A stretch of DNA of 64,000 nt from Catajapyx aquilonaris. Its lineage: Eukaryota. Shown piece by piece: positions 40,729 through 54,000 of the stretch. Made by a program: the position numbers and the translations under genes. The notes beneath the pieces were generated by a model. The model was not told the DNA's origin and searched no databases. It saw only the letters and a program-made list of their open reading frames with translations. The stretch lies in NCBI GenBank assembly GCA_000934665.2, contig KZ538306.1, positions 62,001-126,000 on the forward strand, in the 5' to 3' direction. The stretch's first letter is position 1, and each line of letters opens with the position of its first letter.

Positions 40729-42410
40729 ATGCTTCTTTGGGTGCTCTGCTTGATGTCAGTGACGTCGTGGTCCGATGCATCGATCGAGACCTTCGCCGTC
40801 GACGAGTTCCAACAGCAGAACTCACCAACGTATCCAGCATTGCCCACATACACTGCGACGTACCGTAACTCTCCTGGAGGATACTACCCACCAACCGCAC
40901 CACCTACTTCCACATCGTGCAGGTACTGGTGTCGTACCAGGGACTGGAAGTACTTCTGCTGCGATACAGGACGACAACCCACCAACAGACCTCCAACAGG
41001 TACAGTAAAATGGGTATGAAGTACACTCTATGTGTAAAACGGGTATGAACTACTGTAGGTATAAAATGGGCGAACCAAAAAAAAATCTTCCTAGCGAATT
41101 TATAAAACAAAATTGCTCTACTTCATTTCGGCGAATTTAGCACAAGTATTGGACGAGCAGGGCAAAGCCACAATATTGTTCGTTGGCCTCCGGCACACAA
41201 GACGGGATCATCGTTGCCGTGTACACAACCCACATTAAGCTTTAATTAAATTAAATTAATTATAATTATCTGGCAAATTTGTTGGTGATGCCACCTGCAG
41301 GGTATTTGCTTATCGGTTTAAAATGTCCCTTTGCATTCGGAAGGAAGTGGCTCAGAACGATGATATTTTAGTTTATACTGGCCAGATAACAATGAATGGT
41401 GGAAAAAACCCCTCTTCCTCGTGTAACAACAAATAATTGGACCCACGCGGCCCAGCACAACACAGGGCGACAAAAATTGCACCAAGGCCATAACCGAAAT
41501 GGAGGTATATACTACACCATTCAATGAGTGTCCGGAAGGCAAAAATTTTTATTTGGACAATCCTCCACACGTGAAGGTCAGTGGCCAAAAACGAGATGGG
41601 CAGCCCCCAGGTGCGGAACTGGGTCCGCCCTTTTTTTTTTACATACTGTAGTGAAGATCATTCCTGGGTGTATCATGAGGAAGTGCATGACCCACCTTCA
41701 TCACGTACTGGGCAACCCCAAGGACACACCTGTTTTAATGATAGGGGACGGCATACCAGGAAAAAAAACCCAAATGGTACCTCTGTGTTTAAATAAAGGA
41801 TTATGCGATGGCTGTAATTAGTTAACGTCCATCTATATTAATTATGATGTGAATAGGTCACAGCAGGATGTAAAATTAGGCGTTGCTTTCGGTAAAAATG
41901 GCAACCATGGGAAATTGGCAACGCCACAATAACATTCGCTTTGAGGGGGTGTTTAAATCGAGCAATGCAATCGCTGCGAATAATAAGGTGTAATTATATT
42001 AATGGCGTGAATGTTACGCCACAGGAGGCTATAAAATGAGGCGTTGTCGCCCAGGAAGTTGTCGCCATTGTCGAGGTCTAGGCTTGGCTTATTCATCCAC
42101 TGCTCAATGAAGCAATGGTGACGTGATCATACACTGCTGCATGCATTACACTTTTTGTTAGAAAATTTCCTTGCATAAAATTCATATTTCAACCACAGGT
42201 CGGGAGAAGCCTGGGTTCTGCCCGCCAGTACGTCGCTTCTGTCCGACTCAAGTCGGCTACTACGATCCGAAGCTCTGCAATTACGACAATGAATGCCCTG
42301 GTACAGACAAGTGCTGCTTCGACAAATGTCTGGCGCATCGAACTTGCAAGCCAGCAGATCCGCGCTACGGTGGGTACACCGACTACTCTACCGGAAGTAA
42401 CAGTTGGTGA
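40729..42410 (+). CDS. Secreted crustin-like WAP (four-disulfide core) peptide, about 160 aa; exons 40729-40999, 42199-42410
   Basis: Hydrophobic signal MLLWVLCLMSVTSWSDA, Pro/Tyr/Thr-rich segment, Cys-rich CRYWCRTRDWKYFCCD, then WAP domain KPGFCPPVRRFCP...PKLCNYDNECPGTDKCCFDKCLAHRTCKP. Phase-1 intron is consistent. Probable 5' UTR exon ends at gtaagt ~39168. Confidence 0.88.
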
Positions 42411-43654
42411 GATAAACGTTGAAAAAGTGCCAGCTCCTCTTCTCCCTTCAGGTAAAACCCACCGAAACGCAATTAATACCATATTGACAAAATTTTGATA
42501 ACATTTTGCCAGTGCCCAGTGTGGGTTTTACCTAAACACCAATACTTTAATAAAAAATGCAATGTTTTTGAATTTCCATGCTCATGTTTTTTTTTTCTTC
42601 TTCTTTTTTTAATAATCTTAGTTACAATAAAGTTTGTATGTCAATGTACCATGCTTGGAACACAAGTTCTTCTGAACGCCTCTCGTCACTTTAAAAAAAA
42701 AAATGTACCCATTTCCAGGAATCGTGTACCAAAAAAATGAAACCTTTGCAGAAGCGTGCTGTAAAGTACTAATATGGCGAGCAAACTTACTGCGGAGATT
42801 GTCGTATATTCTCATTCTTTCCCCCCCCTCTATTCGCAGACAATATGGAATGGTACGAAATCTACATACATGACATTATCATCATCATTATTATTCATAT
42901 TAGACTTAAAGGAAAAAAAAAAAAGCACCATCAGGACTTGTTATCCGTAAATATTACTTCCCTTTGGAAAAAAAAAGATACTACACCAGCCTTTTTCCCT
43001 TGATTCATAATCCTATTGTACATTTTTTGAGTTACAAAAATGTATAAAAATGGAATGGAAAAATGTCCTGAATGGGTTGTCACATCACAATATTGTTTGC
43101 AAGGGAATGTCTTGCATTTTATAGTCACATGAAAATTGGAGCATTTGGTTTATATAAAAGGCAGGCAATGTCGTTTCTTTAAAAAAAAAAAAAAATGAAT
43201 TCGTTTTGTACACACCATTTGTCGACAACAAAAAAGGCACAAATAGGAGGGAAAAAATGCCCAATTTTTTTGGCCAACTGAAATCCGTCTGCAAAAAAAT
43301 CGGCGCTACAAAATTATTATTTTTTTCCGTCACAACCGCAGATGGCCAAAGCTGGAGATGTTAACCAATCTTTTTCAACAGGAAGCACTTTTACATAATA
43401 TAAACAGAAAAAACAAAACAAAAGATCTGACCAAAAAAATATAAGGCAATCATATCTCACTGGCACTAAACTCTTTCTAAATTGTTCTGCTATTATTGGT
43501 TTGTTGGTTGATTGTATATTTTTTAAGAAAAGCAAAATACTATGGTCGTTGGTCGCTGTACCTGACTTTGTCTATTATTATTGGTAAATTTTTTTTCTTG
43601 CTTTTTTTTTTTTCATTTTTCATTAAATACTTCCCTTGCCAGAAGGAGTTTTTC

Positions 43655-46600
43655 TCAGTTCTTGGAATCCATATTCGGAATGTAGTCTCGTGCCATGAGA
43701 CATGCAAAGACAGTCATCACCATCTTCATCTTCACTTCGGTGATGTCTTCCGGAAGGGCGTACACTCTTGCCCCGAGTTTTCTTGCCATCGAAATGGCGT
43801 ACTTGGCATTGGCCTGGTTTGCCTGTAACATATTAATCTCGTTAGGTTTTTTTTATTATTACACGGCCTGTTTCTGTTAGGTGACGACATTTACACAAGT
43901 ACATCGCAACTTACATCTGGACCTCCCTCGCTGACCACATCGTAATTAATAATTCCCGGCTTAATGGCATCTATCAGATCAATAACCACTCTTGCATTGG
44001 CGATGCTGGAATCCTGCGGAAAGAAATAAGCGCAAACTTTTAGACCTTACGAAAAAAAACATGCAGACGCATTGTTGCAAGTTGTGAAAGTTCTGAACTG
44101 TAATATTCCAGCTGGTTAACTCCTGAGCCTACCTGGAAACTCCTGATGCTGGTAGTTTTCCTGGCGGAGGCCAGCTTGCTGTTGACCCACTCAATGATCT
44201 CCTTCTCCACAATGGGGCTTCCCGTGTTGGCCAGCTGGGTCAGAATGGACAAGGTGTATGCACGCATCAGCTGCCATATCAGGGCTGAAATTTGCAGGAC
44301 AAGGAAGTAGTAAAATTACAACAAGTGTATGCAGTGTTGTAGTGCAGAATTTCGCAGACTTTCGCAATAAACGTCAGTTACAACGATTCAATTTACTATT
44401 GCGGACACATCATAAGAAATGCATTTGAATCTCACCTAGTGTGAGTGTTGGATTCCCATCCGAGATATCTTGTCCGGCAATCCCAACCAGAGAGAACTTG
44501 AGCTGCTTTCCGAGCTCGACAGCGTAGTTGCAATTCTCCAGTTTCTCCATGAATTTCCTGAGCTTGGTGAACTTCTTGTGTACCCTGCTCCAGTTAACAA
44601 TTCCCGGCCTAATCACATCGTACAGCTGGAAGATGACCAGTCCGTCGGCAAGGTCGGAGTAGAGCCAGTTCACATGCGGGCTGACTCCCATGGAGTTCAT
44701 CCAGTTGCGATAGGTCTTCTCCTCCCTGTTCTCCTCGATGTTTTCCAGTGCTTCCAGCTGGACACCGTCTGGCTTGTCCAGTCCAGGATGGTTGTTGAAC
44801 AGGTTGGCAACAAATGCAAGGTTCAGTTTGTAGACACCCTCAACCACGTCTTGCGGTGTAACAAACGTGCGGCAGCCCAACTTGTCTGCTTGCTGGAGCA
44901 TCACTTCTGCGCGACTCGTCATGTTTGATTCCTGATTAACAAACAATCACATTTAGTACACGGCAATAAAATAGAGCCATTAATTGCACAGTCTCAGAAG
45001 AGAATGTTATTTATTTTGTATTGATGCAAATCGACACTCAAAAACTGAATTTATACTTCTGTATTTATATACAAGAATATGTATATAACTTACCATGAGT
45101 GCTTCAGTGCTAACGCCTGAATCCTTTGGCGCAATTTGCTTCAGCAGATGAGTATACACTTCAGAGTCACGGATGTCTGTTGTGAAGTTGGCGCATCTCC
45201 TGCAAACAATGCGTTTGAATATGTGCATTTCTTATGTTCCTTACAATACTTAAAAGCGAGACAGTGGATAATAATTACACACCTGTTAACCCCAGCCTTT
45301 TCGAGATGGTGGTTGACCCATCGCAGCAGAATGGCCTCGGGTGACAGACGCATCAGCTCCTCAATCTTCTCTCCATCTGCCAGCAGGTTGGTGAGACCAG
45401 GGCAATGCTCCAAGGTTATTTGGTTGAAGAGGCCAATCTAATAACAAAATATTGCGTTCATGAATTTACATCACTGTACAAGATTGTCCTTAAAATGCTT
45501 CACAGACTTATGAATATCCCATTAAAATGAGCAGGAAATGCACCATTATTGCAATCAAAGAACAGGAAGCATATTTCGACATACGCTCTGTTTTACATAA
45601 GTTTCGGGTCACTAGGGAAGGGAAATAAATCAGTTCTAACGCAGTAAAAAAAATCTCACCCTGATGATCTGCCACAGAAGTCCCAGTACCAAGTGGGGCT
45701 TTCCTTTGGCCAAGTCGTGGGCGTCAATATTGACCACATTACATCCGATGGCTTGAGACGAGTAGAGGGCAAGGGTCAAGTTCTCATGCTTAGTGTACAG
45801 CGTCAGGTGTTTCTTGTTGATGGCACGCTCGTCAATTGTGTCTGGGCAGGAGTGGTTGATAATTTTACTGGAAATTAAACGAGAAAATAAGGATCCACGC
45901 ATCAAGAGCTCTCAAGCTAAATCATCCTTAGCACTTAAAAAATATGTATATATTTAATTAGAAAAAGATATATCTGCATTTGTAATAATTATTGTATTTG
46001 ACAGCATACACAAGACGCACCCCCATTTTCAGAAGATCATATTCAGGAAAATTTTTTTAAGTATATTTCCGCATATACGATGCAGAGCGATTTTTTGGGG
46101 ACGTACGTCTTCGTATATGCCATCAAATATGGTAATATGCATAGGGCAATTAAGAAATATGTTGTCCATAAGTTGTACAAATTGAAAATTAACAACTCAC
46201 CCGGCATCACGCTTTACAATAACTAGTGATGTCAAAAAGTAATTTTCGTAAATTACACAAATGAAACCATTATTGCTACTACTTACAGCCACTACATAAA
46301 CTTGTAATAAATATTTTGCATGCTACAGCACACAACAGTTTATCTTCCTGCCATTATTAGCTTGCTTCCATATGCAACGTGTGGTGCGTAGCCGCACACA
46401 ATTAAAGGAGCATAACACTCCTGTCCCATCAGATCCATTTAAGATGACACATTCCATTGCAACACAATGGGCATGTGCACTGCGACGCTTACCACAGCAG
46501 GATTCCATCCTTGACCTTGTCATAAAGCGCCTTTCCTTCTGCATCTATTGGAAGCAAGTGCTTCAGGTCTGGATCGTGGCCAAGGTTGGTGTTGATCCAA

Positions 46601-49600
46601 TCGGAGAAAGCAAGCTGCTCCTCCAGCCTCACTGAATGGGTGGTCCCTTCGCTTGAGGCATCCGACATCCCACCGAGTGTCTCCAGGTTCTCCCGTTTGG
46701 ACACCACCTGTTTAAATGTGTGGCCGACTTCCTTGGACTTGAGGTCGAGGCAGAGCTGTCAATAGGAAAAATATTGTAATGACATATCATATTTACTTGA
46801 ACGTGAAAGGCATGTCTATTTTTATTGACACACTGATCCTTTCAAAGTTAATATAGTTCTCAGTGGCTCATACACCGTTAATTATCTAATTACCTGTTCA
46901 AACTCGTTGAATGACAGCTTGCCATGCCCAATTCCGGACTTGTCCTTGTCATATTGTTCTATGAGCTGTCGCACTTTCCAACCTGGCAGTTTGAACCCAC
47001 ATGTGTCCAGGGCATCCTTCAGCTCCGAGAAGTCGATTTGTCCACTTCCGTCCTTGTCAATCTGCAAGGCAAGACATGTGCTTTTAATTAAATGGGCTGT
47101 CTCATTTGATTACAGGCTACAGGTTCAACTGTCACTTCACATCCATTCTGATCGTAACCATAACAGAAACAACAAGGGGAAAGTCTGTTTTACAACATGT
47201 TGCTAAAGACCTGTACTGATCTCGATTGACGGATGACATTTTTATAACGCCCTAGTTATCATAAAACCTATGATAATGTAATGTAACTTTCACTTGCTTC
47301 AATTCAAGGTTGAATTATGTACATAAGCACATTGTATGTGAGCATCAACATTTTGATGCCATCATTAGTACGGATAAAATTGTCACATAATAAATTGATC
47401 CTTGTGAACCGAAACCTTCACAATTTAATTTTACTCTCATTCATTTTATGACCACTTTTTGAGAGCATAGCAACACCCAGTTTCAGTACAATTCCCTGAC
47501 TCAGTTTCCACGTGACGGCTCAATTTCCATAGCAAATAATGAGGCATTATTCACACTTTATGGGCCTATTCAGCTCTGATTAGATACCCGGAATGCAAAA
47601 ATATCTGAGTCATAAACTATTTGGGAGGCTACGTGTAGTTTAGAAGACTGATTCAAGTTGATTTACGGTCGCAGGCTTTTATACAAGCATTTCATGACCT
47701 ATACACAAGGGGAGATATATTTTCTTTCCTACGTACAAATCCCAGGGAAGATAAATTGCGCATGATATGATCAAAATCATCAGCTGATCAAGGTTCATGT
47801 GATTTTAACCTTGTTCGGACTGACTGCCAAAGGAGATTATATAAGCTTCTAGATATTATCACCATAAAAACCAACCATGTACAGGGTGATATCTAGAGTT
47901 CAATAGAAGACAGCTTAGCACAGGCATTAAATTCAAAGTGAACTGACAATAATGGCAATGGTTGCTGCATGAAATGATTTAAAATTAGATTCTTGGATAT
48001 AAACCTGGGACATGGGCAATGCACCGCAGTACGTTCGTCCTTGACGTATCTGATCAGTCGATGCATGATTGTGTTGCATAAGTTGCTGGCTGTGGAAATT
48101 TGTGTTAAAATTTTCAATTACACACAGAGGTTCTCTAACATGCTTATGATTCAAACCACGTCTCTTGTGAATGACTGGTTGCATATCCGGAATTGTTATT
48201 ACGCACTGGCAGATGAATCATTCATGACTAGTGGCATGGCTACGAAGGAGGTCAGGTGGCCATCTCGTTATCACCCGCGCCAATGTTTCATCTATTCATC
48301 AGCTGATGGCCCACACCCAATTTCATCCTGAATCACCACTTTCCACATGCGATGTGGTCAGCTGCTACTGAGGAATTTTAAAAACCCGCCCGGATCCATT
48401 TAAAGCATTCTTTCCAAGGACCAAGAGGTACTTTGAGCATTAAATTATTTTTTTTTGGGGGGGGGGGGGGGNAGGTTGAAAAGGATGAGGAACCACACCT
48501 TCATGGTATCCTGAGTCTGGTTCTAAGTGGCCAATTTACTGCTAGGGGTCTTCCATCGACCAAGGTCAGTGGTCCAGAACATGGGAAATCAATTACGAGC
48601 CTCTCTTAACTGAAGATAACCTTATCATAAGACACTTCCCCCGCAAAAACCGATGCCCTTATTGAGTATTCCAGAATTTAATATATAAAAAAATCCTCAC
48701 TCACAGAACATTAGATCAAATCCTAAATTTTGAGTATTAGGACCCCCCAAAAAATGGTTTTGGGACTTTTCCCTGAATCAGCGGCATGTAAGCCATCAGT
48801 GCTCAGCACTGTCAGTAGTCTGAAAGTGGATTAGGTAGCTTGGATATACAAACAGACAACCTTTCCGCTTTATTATGTAAGGTTAAAAATCCTGCAATAT
48901 ACAAAAATTTATATTTAAGCACCACTTATTACGACTTATTATATTAAATCCTGCAATTTACACAAATCCAGATTTAGGCGTACCACAAATTCCTCGCTAA
49001 CTGTACTGCTTACATAACTGCCAGCATCAATAGCCTTTTGATATCCTCCCCGTTCATTTGCTTGCATTCAACCGCGATTCCTTATTTCAATCCCCTGCAT
49101 TCCTGTCCAGTCTAGTCATGGTCCATTTCCCCAGCTATCTGAATATATAAAAAAATATTTCTATGAGCTTATTTCATGCCCCTGTAGCCCCAAATGCCTG
49201 GGACCAGACTGTTGCTTTTATCCTCTATCAGCATTCCAACCTTCCATATACGTATGTGCCACCCATCAACCTTGAACCCTCTGCATTCCACAACGATCAT
49301 GTCGCACGTACACAAAAATACCAAAAGGAAAAAGTCCCAACTTTCTCAATTGTGACGTGCCCTCTCCAAAAAAAGTGATGGCAAAAAAAAGGGCCAAGTT
49401 TAGTGTGGGTCAGTGTCTCAGTGTCCTTGTGAACTAGGGCGAGAGTATGCAGAAAACATCAGGAGAAAAGGGGGGGGGGGGGGGCTGACCCAATTCACTG
49501 AGGTCAGCATATACCCCGGTAATGCAAACTGAGCAAGTGACAGCAAATTCAGCAGTGTCCAATTTCCGCTGGATGGACAACTATATAAGGAAAAGTAACC

Positions 49601-50980
49601 TAACCTTTATACAAACTAGCTCATCATTTCTCTTATGTATGACGAAGCAATGGCGGAACTTCGCCAGTGAGTGCCCCGGGAGTGACTCACATCCCGAGAC
49701 AAGGTCATTGTTGCCCCGTGGCAGATTTGTTGCTAAAAAGGGGCAAGACGGAAGTCGGATGAGTGAGTCTTCCGGATTTTCCATGCCAGTTGGTCACGCA
49801 CAAGACGAGCAGGAAAAAACACCCGTTAAAGACTTTACAACTCGCCTTCACACACCATACTTCCAACCCACGAAAATACAACCAGGAAAATAACGAGTTT
49901 AAATCCGCCATTGACCCAAAATTTGGCAACACTGCTCAGCCCGTTCCCAACTTGGACGTAGTACGATATGCCACAACAAGATGACGACGCGCATCCTCCC
50001 TCTCTGATGCACACTACTTCCACATGTGGCAACAACAGATACTACATGCACGTTGGTGATGAGTCAACGAGTGTAGGGACAAAGTCACGCCAAGCCAATT
50101 CTAATTATGTTAGCTAATACTAGCAGCTAATATTTTAGTTAATGCTATGTAATATTTTACGGTATTACTAGTAGCTAATATTTAAGCCAATACTGGCAGA
50201 TATTTTTGCTTATATTATTACCTAGTAGATAATATTTCAGTTAATACTAGTAGATAATATTTTAAGCTAATACTAGTAGATGATATTTTAAGCTAATAAT
50301 AGTAGATATTTTAAGCTAATACTAGCGACAAATATTTCAGTTAATACTAGTACCATAGCTAATATTTAAGCCAATACTGGCAAATATTTTTGCTAACACT
50401 AGCAGATAATATTTTTGGATATACTACCAGATATTGTTTTAGCCAATACTAGCAGCTATGGTAATATTTCACAAATTTCAGTTAATACTAGTAGAAAATA
50501 TTTTAGTTAATACTAGTAGAAAATATTTCAGCCAATATTGCCAGATATTTTTTGTTAATACTGCCAGATAATATTTTTGCATATACTACCAGATATTGTT
50601 TTAGCCAACACTAGCAGCTAATATTTCAGTTAATGCTAGCAGCTAATATTTTAAGCTACTAGCAAATATTTTAGCCAATACCTATAAGCAGCTCATCGTG
50701 ACATATACAAGTAACCATGTTCCTACAATAAGTGCACGTACTGTAACTGTACATTCCCCCCCCCCCCCCCCCCNNNNNNNNNNNNNNNNNNNNNNNNNNN
50801 NNNNNNNNNNNNNNNNNNNNNNNNNNNNNNNNNNNNNNNNNNNNNNNNNNNNNNNNNNNNNNNNNNNNNNNNNNNNNNNNNNNNNNNNNNNNNNNNNNNN
50901 NNNNNNNNNNNNNNNNNNNNNNNNNNNNNNNNNNNNNNNNNNNNNNNNNNNNNNNNNNNNNNNNNNNNNNNNNNNNNNNN

Positions 50981-51045
<65 letters not shown>

Positions 51046-54000
51046 ATTCCTGTGACAGGACGTGACGCGAGGGGAGTTTCCTGAGATGACTGTTAAAGCC
51101 ACATGGGCATCCCCCTAGATTCCAAGAAAGCCCATTCACGATAGAAAACAGTGCAAAAACCTAGATACAGTTTCTCACCTCGATTGCGAAAACCGCCTCC
51201 AGATTAGTACAAGCCAAATCCGCAAAGCTCACTCTAGCGTAACACACACACACACACACAAAAAAAGAGAGACGAGAGGGTCACGCCTCATATGCAAATT
51301 GCAAATGTTCAAGGCCAAGATGTTGTCGCTTCTCAAAGTCTGGCGCAAAAAAGTCCTTCGAAGCGATGAAAAGCACCCCATTCTTTCTAACAGAGCTAAT
51401 GAATTCTTCGAATTACTCTGCGGAAAAAAAATTGCAAATTTGTCGCCAACGATGAATAATTGTTATTAATTGCGCACCACAATGCAATGTGTAAAATAAT
51501 GTACGCGAATTAAAATTAAATTTTAAACACAGTTTCTGACAGTCATCAGCGTACAGTCAACTTCCAGGAGTGAGGTAGCAGACCTGAAGCTCAAAATACT
51601 CTTCCTGACAAGTCGTCTCTTGGACAGAAGTATGATGAATCCACCAGTTAATAAAAAACAATCTTTAATTATTATTCTTGGTATGAACTAATCATGTTCA
51701 CTTCCAGAAGTAATGTAGCAGATCTGAAGCTCAAAATAGCCTCCAAAGAGGGGTGCTTCTGCTTCTTCATGACAAGTTGGAGGCTATTTCGAGTTCAGTA
51801 CTCATGGAAGTGGACAGGTCATTAGTTCATACCAAGAATAATATTTGAAGATTTATCTCATGAACTGGTGGTTTCTGAAGCTCAAAACAGCCTCCAAAGA
51901 GAGGAGCTCCTAAGTCTTCCTAACAAGTTTGAGACTATTTTGAGCTTCTGCTACATTACTCCTGGAAGTCATGACATTAGTTCATACCAAGAATAATATT
52001 TAAAGATTTCTCTTATGAACTGGTGCGGATTCATCATACTTCTGACCTCACAAAAACAATGTCAAATATTTCCAAACCTCAAAGTCTCCGCCCCCCCTCT
52101 ACATCCTTTTTCCGTTGTGGCCATCCAACATTATTTGGTGGAGGTCAGAGCTTGGTGATGAAGAGAGAGAGAAAAAAAAAATCTTTGACCTTATCATCAA
52201 GCCTTGGGAACCACTCACCAGTGACGTCACTCGTGATTCCTAGCTGTGTCAAAAGGAATCTCCAGAATTTTTTTCTTGAAAGAAATCTTTGGTTCAAACA
52301 ACTTTCACCTGTGAGCTTCATGCTATTTTATGCTCCCATTGTGGGGGAAAAAAATTGCAGACACCTGAGGACTCTATCAATGTGACTCTCTTTTTGCGGG
52401 CACTCCCACGGTGACCTTTAAGTAATTCCTTTGTGCTTCTAAAGGCGGTTCCTTGCCCCTGGCCTTATACGGGCACCCCCTGCTGCCCCCTTGCTACTAA
52501 CCCGCAGCCAAGACTATTTTTTTTGGGAGGGGTCACACCAGAACCACCCTTTTTCGCCACCACACTGTGGGACCAGGTTGCATAAGGGGGCTGTGCAGAT
52601 TTCTGTCACGTTTCGTAACACAAAACTGCATGTGCCGATGCATAATTTCATCACTTCCAAGCAAAGAAAAAAAAAGACAGAGAGAGAGAGAAGAAGTGAG
52701 GCACTTCTAAGGGTTAACAACTTCTGAAATCCGGTCGAGGAAAGTAGGACATAAATACTGTACACAAAGATAATTTTAAACTCTTTAACAAATCCTCAAA
52801 ATGCCTCGCCATACAAAAGCTCACTGCAATTAATTTTTATTTTTTCAGTTTCAAAAATTACTTTTCATTGGAATTAATTAAATTCCAAATTGTTGAACTA
52901 TTTAAATTATTTTAAATATAAAATTACTGCATTACTTAAATTATTTTCGAAATAAAATTATTGTAGCCTATTATTTAAATATTTTTAAAACAAACATTAC
53001 TGCATTGTTTAAATTAGGCTATATTGAGAGTAAAAAAGTATTGCATTATTTAAATTGTACTAAAAGTAAAAAAAATCATTGCATTATTTAAATTAGTCAA
53101 AAAATTATTGCAGGCTATTAATTTAAATTAGTGTGTTGTTTACATTATTTTAATAATAATAATTTTTAAATAACAATGTAACCAGTATCCTCCTTGAATT
53201 TAAGTTCTCTGAAATCCAGAAAAAAACTCTCCTATCCAATCAAATTAAATATGAAGTCCTTCAATTGCGCCAATTATTATATTAAATTGATTAAATCTAC
53301 TTAACGCATGTGGATGCAATCCTGGAGCTTGATATTTATTATTATTTAAATTGCCATGTGGACTTTACCATAATTGTTACTTGTCGTGCAGGAGGTGCCC
53401 TTGCCCAATCGGGCAACGTCGAGAGGTCAACAACTGAGTGATGACCTCTGTGACATTGTGCATGGCGATTGATTTGTGCTGACCTCTTGACAGTGTAATC
53501 AATATGTTGTCTTGAAATGAGTTAGAAAGTGAGATCACAGATTTATCATCTCTCAGGGTGGGGCTGGACTGTCCACTGTAATGAGTCACTAGAATTTACC
53601 ACCCATAAAAATGAACTGTTATTTGCCAGTCACAATGCTGCAGATATGGCCGCAAGTCAAGAGAGATGATCAAAAGGCTAAACCGGTGAGATGACTCGGA
53701 GCGATTACTGTCAATTCCGACTATTAGCTGTCGGTTTTAAGTTGCGCGTAGCTGTACGTTTCCTGCGAATTATATCAGTACTTGTGAGCTTTCCCTTTCC
53801 GGTAAAGTTTCCCTCGTGTTGACACCAACTCCTTATCTTTCCCTTAGTTGGAATTTCTCCAGGACACAATCTTTGATCTGGAAGCACTCTACCTGCCACT
53901 TCCTTATCTCGAGTCCTTTTCTAGAGCTCAAGTCGCCTCCTTGACAGTTTGCCTTTAACAGCAAACTCATATAGAGCTAAGGCAAGCATCGTATCCTTGT

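Noticed and set aside
50671..51102. ORFs with ER/LS dipeptide runs
   Set aside because: Artefacts of the N gap, poly-C and (CT)n microsatellite.
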